A stretch of DNA of 64,000 bases from Eledone cirrhosa (Eukaryota): the NCBI GenBank assembly GCA_964016885.1, contig OZ024742.1, forward strand, positions 25,978,001 to 26,042,000. Direction: 5' to 3'. Both the position numbers and the translations under genes were made by a program. The notes beneath the pieces are model-generated. The model was not told where the DNA came from. It was given only the letters and a program-made list of their open reading frames with translations, and did not search any database. The number at the start of each line of letters is the position of its first letter. Position 1 is the stretch's first letter. Positions 59,543-64,000 of the stretch are shown in pieces.

Positions 59543-59593
59543 AGATTCCTGATGATTTCTAAAGAATGAAACAGTTCTAGTCCTGTAGAATCT
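59543..59593 (+). ncRNA. Type I hammerhead ribozyme
   Basis: agattc CTGATGA t-ttc-taaa-gaa-t GAA ACAG-ttctagtc-CTGT A gaatct. Confidence 0.85.
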
Positions 59594-59675
59594 CATCTAT
59601 ATTAAAACTTATATATATATATATATATATGAAAAAGAACACAAGAGCGTCTACAACATCAACAGATTTTCTTTG

Positions 59676-59720
59676 GCTTACAATGTTTCTTCCTTACGTA
59701 ACCGTAGGATTCGTTAGAGC
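59676..59720 (-). ncRNA. Decayed hammerhead (G5A)
   Basis: gct CTAACGA atcct...aggaa GAA ACATTGT A agc. Confidence 0.55.
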
Positions 59721-60859
59721 TATAAAAGGGGTTTGATTGGTGTTATGGTCTCTACCAACCAAACATTCAAGAACAAAGAGTAAAGAGAGTAAAGAGCAAA
59801 AGTAGGGGACGCTAAGTCTAATTTTGGTGCGGGAGGGTGGGGTGTGGGTCCTTGTTTACTAGCTGCGGTCATATTCATTCCCGGGAGTCGGGTGGTTAGC
59901 TGAACCATATATGGGGTGGCGTCGATAGTATGGTGCAGAGGGTGTGCAGAGGCTACACAAACACAAAGGGCATACAATATATATATATATAACGGAGGAG
60001 AAAGTACATGAAGTAATTAGAAATGGAAAAAGAGTAATAATAATAATCTATAATTAATAATGTATAATAAGGCATGGGGTATACAAATAAGAATAAGATA
60101 AAATATAAAGGATAAAAGTGGAAATAATAAAGATTTAAAAAAAATATATATATATATATGTAAAAAAATATATAGAGAATATATAAAGAAATATAAGCGA
60201 ATATTTGGAGGGGAAAACACGATGTCAAAAAACCGATTTTTTCAAATAAAAATAAAAATATTATAATTATGGGGGGAGAAAACGGGATAGAGAAATATGA
60301 TCAAATGTGATTAGTTGAGAGAATATAAGATGATAATAGTTATGTCAAGTTTATACATCTTAATAATAAATAATCTGTGTATCAGAGTTACAGAACCTTC
60401 AATTCACTTACAGGTTCAAGCCACGTGGCATAGTCCATTGTTAATCTGTGCGGTCATGCGCGTTTGTTTTTGACACCACAGCAGATGCACAAGTTCGTAA
60501 ATTCCAATGCAGATAGAAATCTATTTTTGCTCACCCGGACATTGACGGAGGATCCAATATTCCTAGTTCAATATGTGTGTGGTGTTATTTTGGTCGCACA
60601 AATCAATCACGGTTCAATATTATGGAGTATGGTTTTCTGGTCTTCGTAACAGTGTCAGTGGTTGTATATCTCGAAATCACAAGGATCACAGTACTCCGGT
60701 TTGGTGAGATTATCGGTCATCCAGCTATGTTGTTGGTGGTTGGATTCACTTCTATTAGCCCGAACATTGAACTTTGGTGTCGATTGAACATTAACGAGGC
60801 AGGGTGAGATCGCATCTGTGGTACAAAACGGTACGCAAGGAAATTATTCGTCTTCGTTT

Positions 60860-60931
<72 letters not shown>

Positions 60932-61324
60932 AAGTGTTAATACGATCAAATTTTAGCTTAGAACATTTATTAGGTGAAGAGATTTTATATATATATATAA
61001 TCTCTTCTATCGGCTCAAAGGCTCAAGGCCAACACATTTAGGGAGGAGAAATCGCTTAAACCGACCCCAGTGCGTTACTACAACTTTGTTTTACCAGCCC
61101 CGTAAGGAGAAAAGAAGAAGCTGAGCTCGGGATTTGAAATCAAAACGTAAAATGGCGTAACTCTGTGCCGCTAAGCATATTGTTTGACGTTCTAACGATA
61201 CTTGCTAAATGAAATTAAAAAATAATGACAACAATGATGATGATACTACTACTACTACTACTACTACTACTAATACAACTACTGATACTATTACTACTAC
61301 TACTATTACTGCTACTACTGCTAC

Positions 61325-61358
<34 letters not shown>

Positions 61359-61443
61359 GCTGCTACTGCCACTACTACTACTACTACTACAACAACCGCT
61401 ACTACTACTACTACTACAAATAATAATAATAATTATAATAATA

Positions 61444-61703
61444 ATTGTTTCTAATTTAGGCACAAGGCCAGCAATTACCCAGTGCATTACTGGTATTTTA
61501 TTTTATCGACCCCGTAAGGATGAAAGGCAAAGTTAACCTCGGCGGGATTTGAACTCAGATCGTAAAGGGACGTAACTATGCTGGAAAACATGGCGTCCGA
61601 CCCTCTACCGATACTGCCAATCCACAATAATAATTGTTTCTACTTTTGGCACAAGGCCAGCAATTCAACAATGCATTACTGGTACTTTATTCTATCGACC
61701 CCG
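61444..61703 (-). mobile_element. Meta-like SINE plus a partial second copy
   Basis: Near-identical to 4868-5047; older copies at about 61015-61205, 37160-37252 and 42445-42670. Confidence 0.88.
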
Positions 61704-62126
61704 CAATAATGATAATGATTTCAAAATGATATGCAAAAGTAAGACTTTTGACAAGACACACTAGATGAATTGCTGTAGGACAGAGCAGTTATTGAAATCT
61801 ACTTGCATTACTCTCGAGACTTTGGGTACGTTTGCTATTCATCATATTATATTTGATAATGTTTATTATCGTACTGTTTGAGAAAGAAGTGAAGTATTCG
61901 TACGACATCTTGGGAAATTAGAAAGTCAATTACTACGATAGATATCACTCTATGTTAATAAAACCACATATCTATATTACTACTAACAGTAATAATAATA
62001 GAGATGTCTGAATCTACAACAAATACTATGATAGAAGTAGTGGTAGTAGTGGTGGCGGTATTGTTAGTAGTAGTAGTGGTAGTACTAGTAGTGGTAGTGG
62101 TAATAGTAGTAGTAGTAATGATGGCC

Positions 62127-62172
<46 letters not shown>

Positions 62173-62719
62173 GTGGTAGCAGTAGCAGTAGCATACAGCA
62201 ATTTTGTGAAAGGAGAAAGTCAAGTATTTCAACCGCAATATTTTCTGTTCGTATAGTTTTGTTGACCCTGGAAGGAAGAGAAGCAAAAATGACCTCGGCT
62301 GGTTTAGAACTCATTCTATCAACTCTAAGAATCCACCGGCCTTAATACCTAATAGTGTATTGATTAGGTAAATGGTTAACGATTTTAGGGATACGGCAAA
62401 GTCAATTATATCAACACCCATTAATTAACTGGTGGTAACTTATCATGAAACAATGAAAGGCAGACTTAACCTTAGCAGATTTGAACTCGTAGCGTGAAGA
62501 GCCGGTATTCATTAGGACATGTTTCCTGCCAATGTATACTGCATTTAGCAATTATCTTTTAAATTATCATATCAAATGTTAAAACCAATCAGCAGGAAAC
62601 AAAACAGTGCAATCAAATTTTTGGTGAAAAATATTTTACCTTCTCCGATAAAAATTATTCTTTTTCGAAATCCAGAGACTTTCAATAATGACCATTGGTC
62701 TTTCACTGCTGTCACTCAG

Positions 62720-62757
<38 letters not shown>

Positions 62758-62758
<1 letters not shown>

Positions 62759-63433
62759 CCATTACAACTCGCGAGGCTCACGCATGCGGCTGGCCACCTC
62801 AACGCTTATGGTGGTGAGTTGGGAGGTAGCCCTAGGGCCAAGGAAACCAAAAAGTCTCCACTGCCAAGGGTATGAGCGCGAACTTGTCGGAGAGCGATCG
62901 GTACTTGTAGAGTTTGGCCTCCTCAGCCCGAAGTACAGCAGAACCTGGGTTAGTACATTCTACTAAATCTAAAGTTTAGTGTAATCATTCATGCATTCAA
63001 ACATGCATATACAGACACACACATAAAGGCATGCATATTTATATATATATATGTGAGTGTGTGGGGCGGGCGTGTATATATGTATATATATATATATATA
63101 TATGTAAGTCCAAAGAATCATTAGATAAAATATAATATATACAGTATTTCCTCTCCCAATCAGTATAAATTAACCACACACAAAATCATATAAACGAATC
63201 TATAAGTTAAAAATGCACTTATGAAGAAATATATATATATATATAACGAAGGAAAAGTGGTAAGGAACCAGGTGGACCATAACGCACCAAAGTACTCAAT
63301 ACTTGAGGTAGTAGAGTGGGTAATAGGAACCAGTAAGACCCCGACAGCTGAGCTCAAGCCGTCTCGACGGCTAATTCAGTCCAGAATTAGCCGTCGAAAC
63401 GGCTTGAGCTCAGCTGTCGGGGTCTTACTGGTT

Positions 63434-63480
<47 letters not shown>

Positions 63481-63795
63481 GCCCGCCCCACACACGCACA
63501 TATATATATATAAATATGCATGCCTTTATGTGTGTGTCTGTATATGCATGTTTGAATGCATGAATGATTACACTAAACTTTAGATTTAGTAGAATGTACT
63601 AACCCAGGTTCTGCTGCACTTCGGGCTGAGGAGGCCAAACTCTACAAGTACCGATCGCTCTCCGACAAGTTCGCGCTCATACCCTTGGCAGTGGAGACTT
63701 TTTGGTTTCCTTGGCCCTAGGGCTACCTCCCAACTTACCACCATAAGCGTTGAGGTGGCCAGCCGCATGCGTGAGCCTCGCGAGTTGTAATGGCT
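62758..63795. repeat. Inverted duplication (about 325-bp arms) enclosing a family A palindrome
   Basis: 62758-63085 is the reverse complement of about 63472-63795. Confidence 0.93.
63245..63436. mobile_element. Family A palindromic element
   Basis: Centre 'ctaattcagtccagaattag'; (TA)n on both sides. Confidence 0.88.
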
Positions 63796-63862
63796 CTTCC
63801 AGCGCATCTCCCTTACCATCCTCCGGGGTAACGCCTGCTCCATTCTGTCTGCCGGGGTTGTG
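63590..63862 (+). pseudogene. CRE-clade non-LTR retrotransposon restriction-like endonuclease C-terminus
   Basis: Hand translation PGSAALRAEEAKLYKY...PLAVETF/GFLGPRA...WLFQRISLTILRGNACSIL, with one frameshift and one stop. Confidence 0.8.
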
Positions 63863-64000
63863 GGGAGGTCAACACGTGGGACCCCATCTGTTCACCATAC
63901 AGAGAGATGGGGAGGGCGAGAGAGATGGAGGAGGTGACAGTGGGAGTTCGGCTCTTCCACCTTCGGACCATATCCTTGTGTTTGTGTTCACTATCTATAG

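Noticed and set aside
62688-62966. Duplicated 85-92 aa ORF (also 63586-63843)
   Set aside because: Antisense frame of the CRE endonuclease fragment, duplicated by the inversion

Overview
AT-rich, microsatellite-saturated animal DNA with no recognisable host exon. The SINE complement and (TA)n/(CA)n density suggest a mollusc, probably a cephalopod (inference). Almost all ORF-track entries are microsatellite translations. The real coding remnants are decayed retroelements: Penelope-like elements (PLEs; RT plus C-terminal GIY-YIG), RTE LINEs, Tx1/L1-like fragments and a CRE-like endonuclease tail. There is also a non-autonomous Helitron with a triplicated 5' half and many tRNA-derived SINEs. The main hidden structure is about 25 intact or decayed hammerhead ribozyme (HHR) motifs from roughly 15 unrelated sequence families, read by hand. 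Most sit in fold-back (inverted-repeat) insertions embedded in (TA)n tracts. They include apparent natural core variants (compensatory U3-A8, U4C, U-U or mismatched first pair of stem II), a family of palindromes that folds back at the ribozyme stem II, and a 432-bp tandem retrozyme-like repeat with an octamer motif. Coordinates were read by eye and may be off by a few bases.
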